The notes: a model not told the origin generated them from the sequence alone. A DNA stretch of 64,000 nt from Ignavibacteria bacterium (GCA_026416955.1 JAOAEE010000008.1:18195-82194); one strand, 5' to 3'. Positions 17,825-27,395 are shown, numbered from the stretch's first letter. A program made the numbers and translations.

Positions 17825-19033
17825 TCATTTTGTGTATAAGCTAAGGGGGATAGTGAAATAAAATTTACTTCCTTTATTTTCTTGGCTTTCGACCCAAATC
17901 TTTCCACCATTTACTTCAACAAATTCTTTGCATATAATTAAACCTAGCCCTGTTCCTTTTTCTTTGGCCGTACCCAGCGCAGTATGGTGAACATCGATAC
18001 GGAACAACTTAGAAAGGGTATCTTGGTTCATTCCAACACCGTTGTCCTGGACGCATATTTCGGCAAAATTTTCTTTAATTTTTGCAATGACTTTGACTTC
18101 ACCACCGGGATTAGTAAACTTAATTGCATTTGAAATTAAGTTTCGAAGGACGGTTGTAATTGTATTTAAATCGGCAAAAACGGTCAATCTTTGTGGGACT
18201 TCTGCTTCTAATTTAATTTTTTTGTTATCGGCTTGAAGAGAAAGTAAGGAGATATTTTGCTTTATTAATTCCGAAAGATTAAATTCACTGGGTTGGATGT
18301 TAATAGAGCCTGTTTGAGAGCGAGACCAAAGAAGAAGATTTTCTAACAAAGAAAATAATTGAATTGAACTTTCTCTTAAAGGTTCTATGAATTGAAGTAG
18401 CTCATCTTTCGAAAAATCATCAAAGTTTTTGTATAATAATTCCAACACATTTTTAAATGCACCAATGGGGTTCTTAAGGTCATGTGCAATTATTGAAAAA
18501 AACTTGTCTTTTGTTGCATTAAGTTCACGCAACTTTTGCTCGGATTTTCGAAGTTCTTCTTCTACTTTTTTCCTATGTTCAACTTCTTGAAGTGCTTGGT
18601 CTCTCATTTTTTTGAACTCTTTAATTCGGTAGGAAAGGTAAGTGAAATCCTCGACAGAAATAATCCCGAAAATTTCATTTTCATTGTCTAATTTGAAACT
18701 GCTTATAGTTGTATGCAACAATCTTGGTTGCATATTTGGTAAAAATGAAGGGAAGAAGTTTTTATGGAGTTGCGTAGAAAAAATCACTGGGGGCCCACCG
18801 TTTATCGTTGAAGAAATTGGAACAACGTACTTGGGTTGGTTCAGATGAGGGAAAATCTCAGTCAATTTTTTTCCAATAATATCATCGGCTTTAATATTTG
18901 TCCAAATTTCTAATTGTTTATTCCAAAAAACAATGCAAAAATCTTTATCAATAATACATATTCCAATTGGAACAGAGTTAAAAATCTCAAATTTTTTCAA
19001 ATAATGGTACATACAATTAGTTAAAAAATCCAC
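17825..19033 (-). CDS. Cytoplasmic PAS-domain sensor histidine kinase
   Basis: PAS (PIGICIID...FWNKQLE), H-box AHDLKNP, N-box RNLISNAIKF, DNGVG, GTGLGL. Confidence 0.92.
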   Translation of the reverse strand: MDFLTNCMYHYLKKFEIFNSVPIGICIIDKDFCIVFWNKQLEIWTNIKADDIIGKKLTEIFPHLNQPKYVVPISSTINGGPPVIFSTQLHKNFFPSFLPNMQPRLLHTTISSFKLDNENEIFGIISVEDFTYLSYRIKEFKKMRDQALQEVEHRKKVEEELRKSEQKLRELNATKDKFFSIIAHDLKNPIGAFKNVLELLYKNFDDFSKDELLQFIEPLRESSIQLFSLLENLLLWSRSQTGSINIQPSEFNLSELIKQNISLLSLQADNKKIKLEAEVPQRLTVFADLNTITTVLRNLISNAIKFTNPGGEVKVIAKIKENFAEICVQDNGVGMNQDTLSKLFRIDVHHTALGTAKEKGTGLGLIICKEFVEVNGGKIWVESQENKGSKFYFTIPLSLYTK

Positions 19034-19646
19034 CTTTTTCTATAAAGAGGTTAATAGAATTCACTAAAGGTTGGACTGTGTCGATATCAATAAATAAAAT
19101 GAAATCACCTTGTATTTCTAATGTTTCGATTTTGAAGTGTGTTCTTGCAAACAGTATTAAACCTTTGTCCGAGAAAGAAATATCAGAGGATAAAATTTCA
19201 TCGATATTCCCTGTTACATATAGTGGTATCGAATAATTTAATGATGTTTTAATGAGATTTGCAAATGAACCAATTAGAGAATTTAGGACTATGTTACCAA
19301 TTTCGGAAAGAGTTTCTGCTTGGATTTCATCAAAATCTGTAAAGTCCGTTTCTGTGTTTGTGAATGCATAGACTAATTTGGAAGCTTGTTCGGTTCTAAA
19401 AATTAGTTTTGAACTTCCAGCAATTAGTCCAGTAAATGTGAGGGTAACGCAAGAAAGATTATCATAAAGACCTTCGTTTTCGAATTCTTTAACGAGTTCG
19501 TCGAAAGAAACAACTTTAATTTTTGGAACTTCAAGATTTACGTGCTTTCCGGAAATTGAATTTAGTAGATTTGCTGCGCGGCCAACCCCAATGTTTATCA
19601 TTTCTTGAAGAACATCTATTTGTTCAGAATTGAGCACCATTTTCAT
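19017..19646 (-). CDS. cheC: CheC-family phosphatase
   Basis: Two E-x2-N sites: DVLQEMINIGVGRAA and ETLSEIGNIVLN. Confidence 0.85.
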   Translation of the reverse strand: MKMVLNSEQIDVLQEMINIGVGRAANLLNSISGKHVNLEVPKIKVVSFDELVKEFENEGLYDNLSCVTLTFTGLIAGSSKLIFRTEQASKLVYAFTNTETDFTDFDEIQAETLSEIGNIVLNSLIGSFANLIKTSLNYSIPLYVTGNIDEILSSDISFSDKGLILFARTHFKIETLEIQGDFILFIDIDTVQPLVNSINLFIEKGGFFN

Positions 19647-19996
19647 ATAAGTTTTTGAAGAATATTTCTTAATTCATCTTCTTTTGGGGGTTTATTTAAG
19701 AAAGAAAAAGCACCAAGTTCGAAACATTTTGCTTTTGTTGTTTCTTGGATATCTGCAGATATCACAATTACTTTCGTTTGCAAATTATCCGTTTTTATTT
19801 TCTCTAAAATTTCAAGTCCGTTGATGTCTGGCATTAACAAGTCTAAAAAAATAATATCGAATAAAGTGGATTGGATTTTACCAAGTGCATCTGTTCCATT
19901 TTTGGCTTCCTCAATTTCAAGGTTGTAATTTGATAATAATTGGCGAATCATTCTTCTTGAAATTAAGGAATCGTCGACAATAAGAACTTTTTTCAT
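19643..19996 (-). CDS. Single-domain response regulator (CheY-like)
   Basis: LIVDDS, FLDLLMP, ISAD, KPP receiver motifs. Confidence 0.92.
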   Translation of the reverse strand: MKKVLIVDDSLISRRMIRQLLSNYNLEIEEAKNGTDALGKIQSTLFDIIFLDLLMPDINGLEILEKIKTDNLQTKVIVISADIQETTKAKCFELGAFSFLNKPPKEDELRNILQKLI

Positions 19997-20021
19997 AATA
20001 ATTTTATAATTGTTTAATTTG

Positions 20022-20029
20022 CAAAATTA
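20022..20029 (-). promoter_or_regulatory. Putative -7 promoter element (TAATTTTG) for the RR-cheC-HK operon
   Basis: Exact motif 25 nt upstream of ATG 19996. Confidence 0.5.
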
Positions 20030-20052
20030 AGATAATTTTTTTCAAACTAGAA

Positions 20053-20976
20053 ATGAATTTATTGTTTTCGGAAAATTTGCCCTTAGAGGAATTGATTAGT
20101 TTGAAAAGTAGTTATTTTAGAAACTATGGCATATTGGAATCTTACAAGTTTTGTGAGCATATTGCAAAAAAACATTATGAAAATTTCCCCGTTGGGTCGT
20201 TTTTGCTACCCAAAGAAGAAAGGAGATTTTTGCATAGTATTTACGCTTTTTTAAGATTGGCAGATGATATTGCAGATTCACAAGAACTACAATTATCAAA
20301 AGAGGATAGAATAAATGCCTTGGAGATTTTAGAAAAAAATGTTCGGTCTTTTAAGAATTTTGATTTAATTACTAATCCAATTTTCATTTGCTTAAAAGAT
20401 ACTATTGAAAAGAAAGAATTACCTATCGAACCATTTATCAAATTGCTAACAGCCTTCAAAATGGATGTTAATTTTTCTCAACCAAATAATTGGAACGATT
20501 TAGAAAATTATTGTGCATTTTCTGCTAACCCTGTGGGTGAATTAGTCTTAAGAATCTTCGCAGAGTATAGTAACAAAACTATTAATTTTTCGAACCTTAT
20601 TTGCACTGGATTACAACTTGTAAACTTTTGGCAAGATTTAAGTGTTGATATTAATATCGGCAGATTATATATTCCAAAAGATTTATTAATTCATTATAAA
20701 TGTGAAGGTTTAGATATTTCAATAAATCAAAATAAAGAGAAGGTTGGTCTAATAATTAAAGAAATACTAAGTAAAACAAGTGATTATTTTATTGATGGAT
20801 GGAAATTAGTTTGGCACTTAAAAAACAAGCGATTAAGATTTGAAATTAACGCTACAATAATTGGTGGGTTAAGGGTTTTGAGGAAGGAAAAGAAATATGG
20901 TTACAATTTACTTTTCAAAAGACCGAAATTAAACTATTTTGATTACATTTATATACTACTTAATGCATTGATATAA
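20053..20976 (+). CDS. hpnC: Squalene synthase-like HpnC
   Basis: HYENFPVGS, IYAFLRLADDIAD, YCAFSANPVG, LQLVNFWQD. Confidence 0.88.
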   Translation: MNLLFSENLPLEELISLKSSYFRNYGILESYKFCEHIAKKHYENFPVGSFLLPKEERRFLHSIYAFLRLADDIADSQELQLSKEDRINALEILEKNVRSFKNFDLITNPIFICLKDTIEKKELPIEPFIKLLTAFKMDVNFSQPNNWNDLENYCAFSANPVGELVLRIFAEYSNKTINFSNLICTGLQLVNFWQDLSVDINIGRLYIPKDLLIHYKCEGLDISINQNKEKVGLIIKEILSKTSDYFIDGWKLVWHLKNKRLRFEINATIIGGLRVLRKEKKYGYNLLFKRPKLNYFDYIYILLNALI

Positions 20977-20982
20977 AGTTAT

Positions 20983-21882
20983 ATGGAACCCTTGACAGTT
21001 GTCGACTTAGCTAGTTTTGAAAGAGTTTCGCCTCCAAAGGTTAAGCAATCGAATTTTCAACTGGCATTTAGAATACTTCCAAAAGAGGAAAGAGTTGCAA
21101 TTAATACTATTTATTCCTTATTTTCTTATATTGATTCAATTGTAGATGAAGGAGAATTTTCCGAAAATAGTATTGTTGTGAAAGAAAAAAGATTAAAATT
21201 TTGGTCTGCTGTTATCGAGGAATTATACAATGATTCACTTCCCAGTGCAATATTTTTCCCCTTATATTTTGCCATTAAAAGATTTTCAATACCAAAACAA
21301 TACATAATCACTTTAATTGATGGCTGTAGAACAGATTTATACAAAAAGCGTTATTCCTCATTCAATGAGTTGAAAGAGTATTGTTACAGTGTGGCAAGTG
21401 TTGTGGGATTAATCGTTATAGAAATTTTTGGTTATAAGTATCCCGAAACAAGAAGTTATGCAATCAATTTAGGTTATGCGATGCAATTGACAAATATTTT
21501 GAGAGATGTTAAGAAGGATAAAGACCGTGGTTATATTTATATTCCCCGAGAGGATTTAGAAAGATTTGAGTATACCGAAGAAGACTTAATTTGCGAAATT
21601 TATAATGATAATTTTGTAGAGTTAATGCAATTCGAGACTAAAAGAACAAGAGAATATTTCCACAAAGCACGTTCCTTATTGCATCCCGATGAAAGAATTA
21701 CTATGTTTCCAGCCGAAGTTATGGACGAGATTTATTTTCGTTTACTCGAAAAAATAGAGTTAAGTGGGTTTAGAGTTTTTGAAAAGGAAATTAAGGTTTC
21801 GAAAATCCATAAATTTACCATTGCTTTGAAACATTGGCTTTCGATACTCCTTTTTATTAGACCATTTACAAAGAAAGATTGA
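20983..21882 (+). CDS. hpnD: Presqualene diphosphate synthase HpnD (phytoene/squalene synthase family)
   Basis: SNFQLAFRILP, YCYSVASVVG, MQLTNILRDV, GYIYIP; paired with hpnC. Confidence 0.82.
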   Translation: MEPLTVVDLASFERVSPPKVKQSNFQLAFRILPKEERVAINTIYSLFSYIDSIVDEGEFSENSIVVKEKRLKFWSAVIEELYNDSLPSAIFFPLYFAIKRFSIPKQYIITLIDGCRTDLYKKRYSSFNELKEYCYSVASVVGLIVIEIFGYKYPETRSYAINLGYAMQLTNILRDVKKDKDRGYIYIPREDLERFEYTEEDLICEIYNDNFVELMQFETKRTREYFHKARSLLHPDERITMFPAEVMDEIYFRLLEKIELSGFRVFEKEIKVSKIHKFTIALKHWLSILLFIRPFTKKD

Positions 21883-21892
21883 GATAAATTTG

Positions 21893-21900
21893 TAATTTTG
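21893..21900 (+). promoter_or_regulatory. Putative -7 promoter element (TAATTTTG) for nuoE
   Basis: Exact motif 19 nt upstream of ATG 21920. Confidence 0.5.
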
Positions 21901-21919
21901 TTTTTTTATATTATTACTT

Positions 21920-22414
21920 ATGGAAATATTTTTCGACGAACAAGAGTTAGCAAAGGTTAACGAGATTAAGTCAAAATACCCCCACTCCAAAGCTGCATTG
22001 ATGGGGGTTCTTTGGCTGGCACAAAAGAAGTTTGGATGGATTTCAAAAGAAGTTGCCGAATACATTGCAAAATTACTCGATTTGCCACCTTCCCACGTTG
22101 ATGGTGTAGTTAGTTTCTATACTATGTATTTTAAAAAACCAATGGGGAAATACCATATTCAGGTTTGCACAAATGTTTCTTGTATGTTACGTGATGGAGA
22201 TTTAATATTTGACCATATATCAAAACTTTTAGGGATTAAAAATGGGGAAGTTACCCCCGATGGTCTTTTTTCCCTTGAAGAAGTTGAGTGTATGGGTGCT
22301 TGTGGAGGTGCCCCTATGATTGCTATCAACGAGGATTATTATGAAAATATCGATATTCCTTTTGTGGAGAATTTAATTTCAAGACTAAGAAATGGCAATG
22401 GAACTTCGGCATAA
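21920..22414 (+). CDS. nuoE: NADH-quinone oxidoreductase subunit E (2Fe-2S)
   Basis: SFYTMY, VCTNVSC, ECMGACGGAP: four 2Fe-2S cysteines. Confidence 0.9.
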   Translation: MEIFFDEQELAKVNEIKSKYPHSKAALMGVLWLAQKKFGWISKEVAEYIAKLLDLPPSHVDGVVSFYTMYFKKPMGKYHIQVCTNVSCMLRDGDLIFDHISKLLGIKNGEVTPDGLFSLEEVECMGACGGAPMIAINEDYYENIDIPFVENLISRLRNGNGTSA

Positions 22415-23264
22415 ATCTATCTCTTTTTCGAGAGTTTTTCTTGGTTTTATTCTTTTTTTCCACATCTTTTTTTACTTTGTTGGGGGCAAGGAATCGGATA
22501 AATTGTTTGCTCTAAATCCACAGCTTGTAATTTATGAAATTCAAATTTGGCGTTTATTTACTTTCCCTTTGCTATCACTTTCCATTGCAGAAGTCTTTCT
22601 ATTCATTTATTCTTTTTGGGTCCTTGGTCCGAAAGTTGAAAATTGTTTTCGAAAAAATTATTATTTGCTTTCATTATTGCTTTTTATTTTTCTCCAAGGA
22701 TTTTTAACTACTGCATTATTTGGTAAAGAAAAATTTTATCTTGTTGGAACAGAAGGTTTATCTTTTTATTTAATTACTTTGTACTATTTAATTTATTTCA
22801 GGATTGTAAGTCAATACGAGACATTACCTTTGAGAAATATGGTGCAAACAGCGCTTGTAATATGTTTCTGGTTAATGGCTGTTACACTGGATTCTTTCAT
22901 TTACGAGAGAAATACTTTAATTAATTCGTTTTCTTTTGCGATTGTTGGAATATTTATTGGAACATTGTCCTACCTTCAAAATCGCTCTTTTGCTACCGAA
23001 TTAATTCAACAGAGATATCAAGATTTTATTCTTTTCAGAAAAAAACTCGAAGAATTTGAGTCGGAATTTGATGACCCTGATATTGCAAACACATCTGTTA
23101 ACAGTAGTTTTGATGCTTCATCGAAAGAGACAAAAACTATTAATATACCTTTTACCGAAGAAAATCTAAATAAAATACTCGACAAAATCATTGAAAAAGG
23201 GAAGGAATCTCTTACAGAAGAAGAAGTTGATTTTTTAAAGGAATATTCAAAGAAAGTAAAATAA
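22392..23264 (+). CDS. Rhomboid-like membrane protein, apparently lacking catalytic residues, with a DUF6576-like C-terminal domain
   Basis: QIWRLFTF motif; GTEG where GxSG is expected; C-terminal LNKILDKIIEKGKESLTEEEVDFL. Confidence 0.65.
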   Translation: MAMELRHKSISFSRVFLGFILFFHIFFYFVGGKESDKLFALNPQLVIYEIQIWRLFTFPLLSLSIAEVFLFIYSFWVLGPKVENCFRKNYYLLSLLLFIFLQGFLTTALFGKEKFYLVGTEGLSFYLITLYYLIYFRIVSQYETLPLRNMVQTALVICFWLMAVTLDSFIYERNTLINSFSFAIVGIFIGTLSYLQNRSFATELIQQRYQDFILFRKKLEEFESEFDDPDIANTSVNSSFDASSKETKTINIPFTEENLNKILDKIIEKGKESLTEEEVDFLKEYSKKVK

Positions 23265-23278
23265 AATAGGGAATTTAT

Positions 23279-24325
23279 ATGAAAAAAGAAGATTATTTAA
23301 AGAAAGATAGCATAGTTGAGCATATCGACATTACTAAACATAATACTGTGGATTTGATTGAAGCAATGGGTAAAACTGCATTTCAAGCGAGGAATCTTTA
23401 TCGTGCTGCGAAAATTTATGATATGATGCTTTCTGATGAAAATTGCACCATTATTTTGACTCTTGCTGGTTCTTTGTTTAGTGCTGGATTGAAGAAAATA
23501 ATTGTTGATTTAATTAGAAATAATATGGTTGATGTAATTGTTTCGACTGGTGCGATTATTGTAGACCAAGATTTCTTTGAAGCTTTAGGCTTTAAACATT
23601 ACCAAGGTTCACCATTTGTCGATGACAATGAATTGCGCGAATTAATGATAGATAGAATTTACGATACATTTATCGACGAAGAAGAACTACGAGTTTGCGA
23701 TATGACAATTGCAGAAATTGCATCGAAAATTGAACCAAGACCATATAGCTCCCGAGAATTCATAATCGAGATGGGGAAATATCTTGTTGAAAATAATAAA
23801 GGAGAGGATTCCGTAGTACGAAATGCTTTCGAGTGTGGTGTTCCTATTTTTGTTCCAGCCTTTTCCGATTGTTCCGCTGGATTTGGATTGGTTTACCATC
23901 AATACCATACAAATGGCCCAACTGTCTCGATAGATTCAGTGAAAGACTTTTTGGAATTGACAAAAATCAAAATTAAAGCAGTTGAAACTGGAATAGTTAT
24001 GATTGGTGGTGGAGTTCCCAAGAATTTCACCCAAGACGTTGTTGTTGCTTGTGATATTTTAGGGGTAGAAGCCCCAATGCATAAGTATGCTATTCAAATT
24101 ACAGTTGCCGATGAAAGAGATGGTGGATTGAGTGGTTCAACTTTGAAAGAGGCTAGTTCTTGGGGCAAGGTCGAAACTACTTTTGAACAAATGGTTTTCT
24201 CCGAAGCTACCATTGCTTTTCCTTTGCTTGCTTCGTATGCTTACCATAAAGGAAATTGGAAAAAAAGAACCCAAAAAAGGTTTAACAACTATTTACAAGA
24301 AATCCAGGAATTAGTTGCAAAATAA
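23279..24325 (+). CDS. Deoxyhypusine synthase-like protein (homospermidine biosynthesis type)
   Basis: AFQARNL, LTLAGSL, RIYDT, PAFSDCSAG, GGGVPKNF, DGGLSGST, EASSWGK. Confidence 0.9.
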   Translation: MKKEDYLKKDSIVEHIDITKHNTVDLIEAMGKTAFQARNLYRAAKIYDMMLSDENCTIILTLAGSLFSAGLKKIIVDLIRNNMVDVIVSTGAIIVDQDFFEALGFKHYQGSPFVDDNELRELMIDRIYDTFIDEEELRVCDMTIAEIASKIEPRPYSSREFIIEMGKYLVENNKGEDSVVRNAFECGVPIFVPAFSDCSAGFGLVYHQYHTNGPTVSIDSVKDFLELTKIKIKAVETGIVMIGGGVPKNFTQDVVVACDILGVEAPMHKYAIQITVADERDGGLSGSTLKEASSWGKVETTFEQMVFSEATIAFPLLASYAYHKGNWKKRTQKRFNNYLQEIQELVAK

Positions 24326-24447
24326 ACTATACCAAGATTTAAATTTTTTTGCAACAAACAATATCTGGTAACTTTTAGATTAATATACCCAATAAAATTT
24401 TCACAAATTCTTAGATAGCGTTTTTACATTTAGGGGATAGCATCTTG

Positions 24448-24521
24448 TGGTCCCGGAGGGACTCGAACCCCCGACACGCAGTTTAGGAAACTGCTGTTCT
24501 ATCCGCCTGAACTACGGGACC
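24448..24521 (-). tRNA. tRNA-Arg (anticodon CCT); CCA not encoded
   Basis: Reverse complement GGTCCCGTAGTTCAGGCGGATAGAACAGCAGTTTCCTAAACTGCGTGTCGGGGGTTCGAGTCCCTCCGGGACCA: 7-bp acceptor stem, TTCCTAA anticodon loop, GTTCGA T-loop. Confidence 0.96.
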
Positions 24522-24528
24522 ATTTTTG

Positions 24529-24536
24529 CAAAATTA
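24529..24536 (-). promoter_or_regulatory. Putative -7 promoter element (TAATTTTG) for tRNA-Arg
   Basis: Exact motif ending 7 nt before the mature tRNA 5' end, the geometry expected of a -7 element. Confidence 0.65.
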
Positions 24537-24582
24537 AGAAAAAATAAGTTTTTTAACTTTGTATTTGTTTTTAAGGTTTGTA

Positions 24583-25545
24583 ATGAGAAAGATTACTCTT
24601 TTTGTTGTTAGCATTTTATTATTTTCGTGTGGTAATTCAAAAGTAAGCAACATTATCGAAGCAAGTGGTATCGTCGAAGCCACTGAGGTAATGGTAAGCT
24701 CAAAAGTTGCATCCCAAGTATTAAAAATACTTGTTCAAGAGGGAACAAAAGTAAAAGTGGGTGATACCTTGGCAATTTTGGATAATGAATACTATCTTTT
24801 CCAGTACGAGCAAGCTATAGCATTAGAAAAATCTGCAAAAGCAAGTCTGGAGCTTCTTCTTAAAGGAGCAAGAAATGAGGATATTAATCTTGCAAAAGAA
24901 TCTTTAAAGCAAGCTGAAGAAAATTTTCAAATTGCTAAAGCAAACTTTGACAGGTTTCAAAAGTTGAGGGCAACTCATTCAGTTAGTGAAAAACAATTTG
25001 AAGAAGTTGAATTAAACTACAAACTTGCACAATCACGTTTAAACCAAGCCCAAGAAAATTTGAAGAAAATAGAAAAGTTTTTTAGGAAAGAAGAAATAGA
25101 GCAAGGAGAGGCTAATTTACGAAAAGCAGCTTCAAATGTCAATTTGGCTCGAAAATACCTTTCCGATTGCATTGTTATATCTCCGATGGATGGGGTAGTT
25201 TTACAAAAGTATGTTGAAGTAGGGGAAAATGTTACCCCGGGATTAATATTATTTAAGATTGCTAAACTCGATACAATGGAGATGGTTGTCTATATCCCAG
25301 AAAAAACTCTTGGTAAAATTAATGTTGGTCAGAAAGTCGATATAACCTGTGATTCTTATCCTGATAAAACCTATAAAGGTAGGGTTGTATTTATTTCTGA
25401 AGAAGCGGAGTTTACACCCAAAAATATTCAAACAAAAGACGAAAGAGTAAAATTAGTTTATGGAGTAAAAATAAAAATTCCGAATCCAAATTTCGAGTTA
25501 AAGTCTGGAATGCCTGCAGATGCGAAGATTTTTCTTTCAAATTAA
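24583..25545 (+). CDS. HlyD-family periplasmic adaptor (YbhG-like) lipoprotein
   Basis: Lipobox LFSCG, ASGIVEATEV, long coiled coil, AEFTPKNIQTKDERVKLVY. Start revised to ATG 24583; TAACTTTG at 24554-24561. Confidence 0.88.
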   Translation: MRKITLFVVSILLFSCGNSKVSNIIEASGIVEATEVMVSSKVASQVLKILVQEGTKVKVGDTLAILDNEYYLFQYEQAIALEKSAKASLELLLKGARNEDINLAKESLKQAEENFQIAKANFDRFQKLRATHSVSEKQFEEVELNYKLAQSRLNQAQENLKKIEKFFRKEEIEQGEANLRKAASNVNLARKYLSDCIVISPMDGVVLQKYVEVGENVTPGLILFKIAKLDTMEMVVYIPEKTLGKINVGQKVDITCDSYPDKTYKGRVVFISEEAEFTPKNIQTKDERVKLVYGVKIKIPNPNFELKSGMPADAKIFLSN

Positions 25546-25553
25546 CCGCGAAT

Positions 25554-26462
25554 ATGAATTACCCAATAGAAGTTGAGGGTTTAACTAAAAAATTTCAAGA
25601 TTTGACAGCAATTAATAATTTGTCATTTTATGTTAAAAGAGGCGAAATATTTGGAATAGTCGGTCCCGACGGGAGCGGAAAATCTACATTAATCAAATTG
25701 ATTGCTGGTATTTTGAAACCAGACGAAGGGGAAATAAGATTTTTTGATATTAATTCTTTCAAAGAAACAAAGAGGATAAAATCTCGAATTGGATACCTAT
25801 CCCAAAATTTTTCCCATTATGTCGACCTTACCGTTGAGGAGAATTTAGAATTTTTTGCCGAGGTACATAGAGTTAAAAACTTTAAGGAGAGATTTGAGTT
25901 TCTTTTAGACTTTTCAAAGTTAAGGCCTTTTCGGAAAACATTAATTTCTAATTTATCTGGTGGGATGAAACAGAAACTTGCTCTGATTTCTTCCTTAATT
26001 TACGACCCAGAGCTCCTACTTTTAGATGAACCTACGACAGGAGTCGACCCAATTTCTCGTAGAGAATTTTGGCTCTTGCTTAATCAACTTGTTTCCAAAG
26101 GTAAAACAATTATTTTTGCTACACCTTACCTTGATGAAGCAGAAAGGTTTCATAAAGTTTTGATGTTAAATAAAGGGGAAATGCTTTGTTGCGACACACC
26201 GGAAAAAATTATTTCATCTTTTGAATATCTTGTTGCCGAGGTTGTTTGTTCGAACTTAGAGTTGTCGAAAGAACTTTTAAGTGAATTCGGAGATGTACAA
26301 ATTTTTGGAGATAGGTTAAATCTTATTTCTTCTAAAAGTAATCCAAATTTTTTAGAAAAGGCAAAAGATAAACTTTTAAAAAATGGAATTGACTTAATTA
26401 GTTGTGAGTTAATTAATCCCAGTCTTGAAAATGTATTTTTCTATTTACTAAAAAATAAATAA
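25554..26462 (+). CDS. ABC transporter ATP-binding protein (YbhF-like, first NBD)
   Basis: GPDGSGKST, LSGGMKQK, LLLDEPTTGVDP. Confidence 0.93.
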   Translation: MNYPIEVEGLTKKFQDLTAINNLSFYVKRGEIFGIVGPDGSGKSTLIKLIAGILKPDEGEIRFFDINSFKETKRIKSRIGYLSQNFSHYVDLTVEENLEFFAEVHRVKNFKERFEFLLDFSKLRPFRKTLISNLSGGMKQKLALISSLIYDPELLLLDEPTTGVDPISRREFWLLLNQLVSKGKTIIFATPYLDEAERFHKVLMLNKGEMLCCDTPEKIISSFEYLVAEVVCSNLELSKELLSEFGDVQIFGDRLNLISSKSNPNFLEKAKDKLLKNGIDLISCELINPSLENVFFYLLKNK

Positions 26463-26465
26463 TGT

Positions 26466-27395
26466 ATGCCTGCAATTTTTGCAAAAGGAATTACAAAAAA
26501 GTTTGGTAGCTTTGTTGCTGTAGATAATGTTGACCTAATTGTTGAAGAAGGGGAAGTATTTGGGTTCCTTGGTGCTAATGGGGCCGGGAAAACAACAACA
26601 ATCAAAATGTTGATTGGCTTGATTAAACCAACCTCTGGTTCTATTATTGTTTCTGGTATTGATGTTGTACAAAACCCACAAAAGGTTAAGGAAATTATTG
26701 GATATATGTCACAAAAATTCTCGCTTTATGATGATTTAACAGTTGAAGAGAATATTAATTTTTTTGGTGGCATTTATGGAATTGGTGTTACAACCTTAAA
26801 AGAAATAAAAGAAGACTTACTGACGAAGTTCAACCTATTGAACGAACGTAGAAAACTAACTAAGGATATTCCTTTGGGTTTGAAACAAAGACTTGCATTG
26901 GGTATTGCATTAATGCATAGACCCAAAATTGTTTTTCTTGACGAACCAACATCTGGAGCCGACCCAATATCTCGGAGAAATTTTTGGGAAATAATTCGGA
27001 ATTTGAAAAGACAAGGTGTAACGGTTTTTGTTACTACTCATTATCTTGAAGAAGCAGAATATTGTTCGAAAATTGCTTTGATTAATTCTGGGAGAATTAT
27101 TGCATATGGAACCCCGACCGACCTAAAAAAACTTGCTTTTAATTATCCATTGTTTGAAGTAGATTTTGGGGGGATAGAAAGCAATATTGGTGTCTTGAAT
27201 AAAGTTTGTGATTATGGTGAATTTTTTATTTATGGAAGAAAGTTGCACTTTCTTTCTAAGTACTTAATTACTACAAGTGAGTTAGGAATTAAAATGAAAA
27301 GCGATTTTGGAATTGCTCCTAAAACTTTACGAAGAATAATTCCTACTTTAGATGATGTTTTTTTTCAATTAGTCCAAAAAAGCAACAATGATTGA
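26466..27395 (+). CDS. ABC transporter ATP-binding protein (second NBD)
   Basis: GANGAGKTT, degenerate signature IPLGLKQR, FLDEPTSGADP, TTHY. Confidence 0.93.
   Translation: MPAIFAKGITKKFGSFVAVDNVDLIVEEGEVFGFLGANGAGKTTTIKMLIGLIKPTSGSIIVSGIDVVQNPQKVKEIIGYMSQKFSLYDDLTVEENINFFGGIYGIGVTTLKEIKEDLLTKFNLLNERRKLTKDIPLGLKQRLALGIALMHRPKIVFLDEPTSGADPISRRNFWEIIRNLKRQGVTVFVTTHYLEEAEYCSKIALINSGRIIAYGTPTDLKKLAFNYPLFEVDFGGIESNIGVLNKVCDYGEFFIYGRKLHFLSKYLITTSELGIKMKSDFGIAPKTLRRIIPTLDDVFFQLVQKSNND

Noticed and set aside
21133-21147. HpnD first Asp-rich motif reads DSIVD rather than DDxxD
   Set aside because: It still fits the DxxxD pattern used by squalene synthase-type enzymes, so it is not evidence of inactivation.
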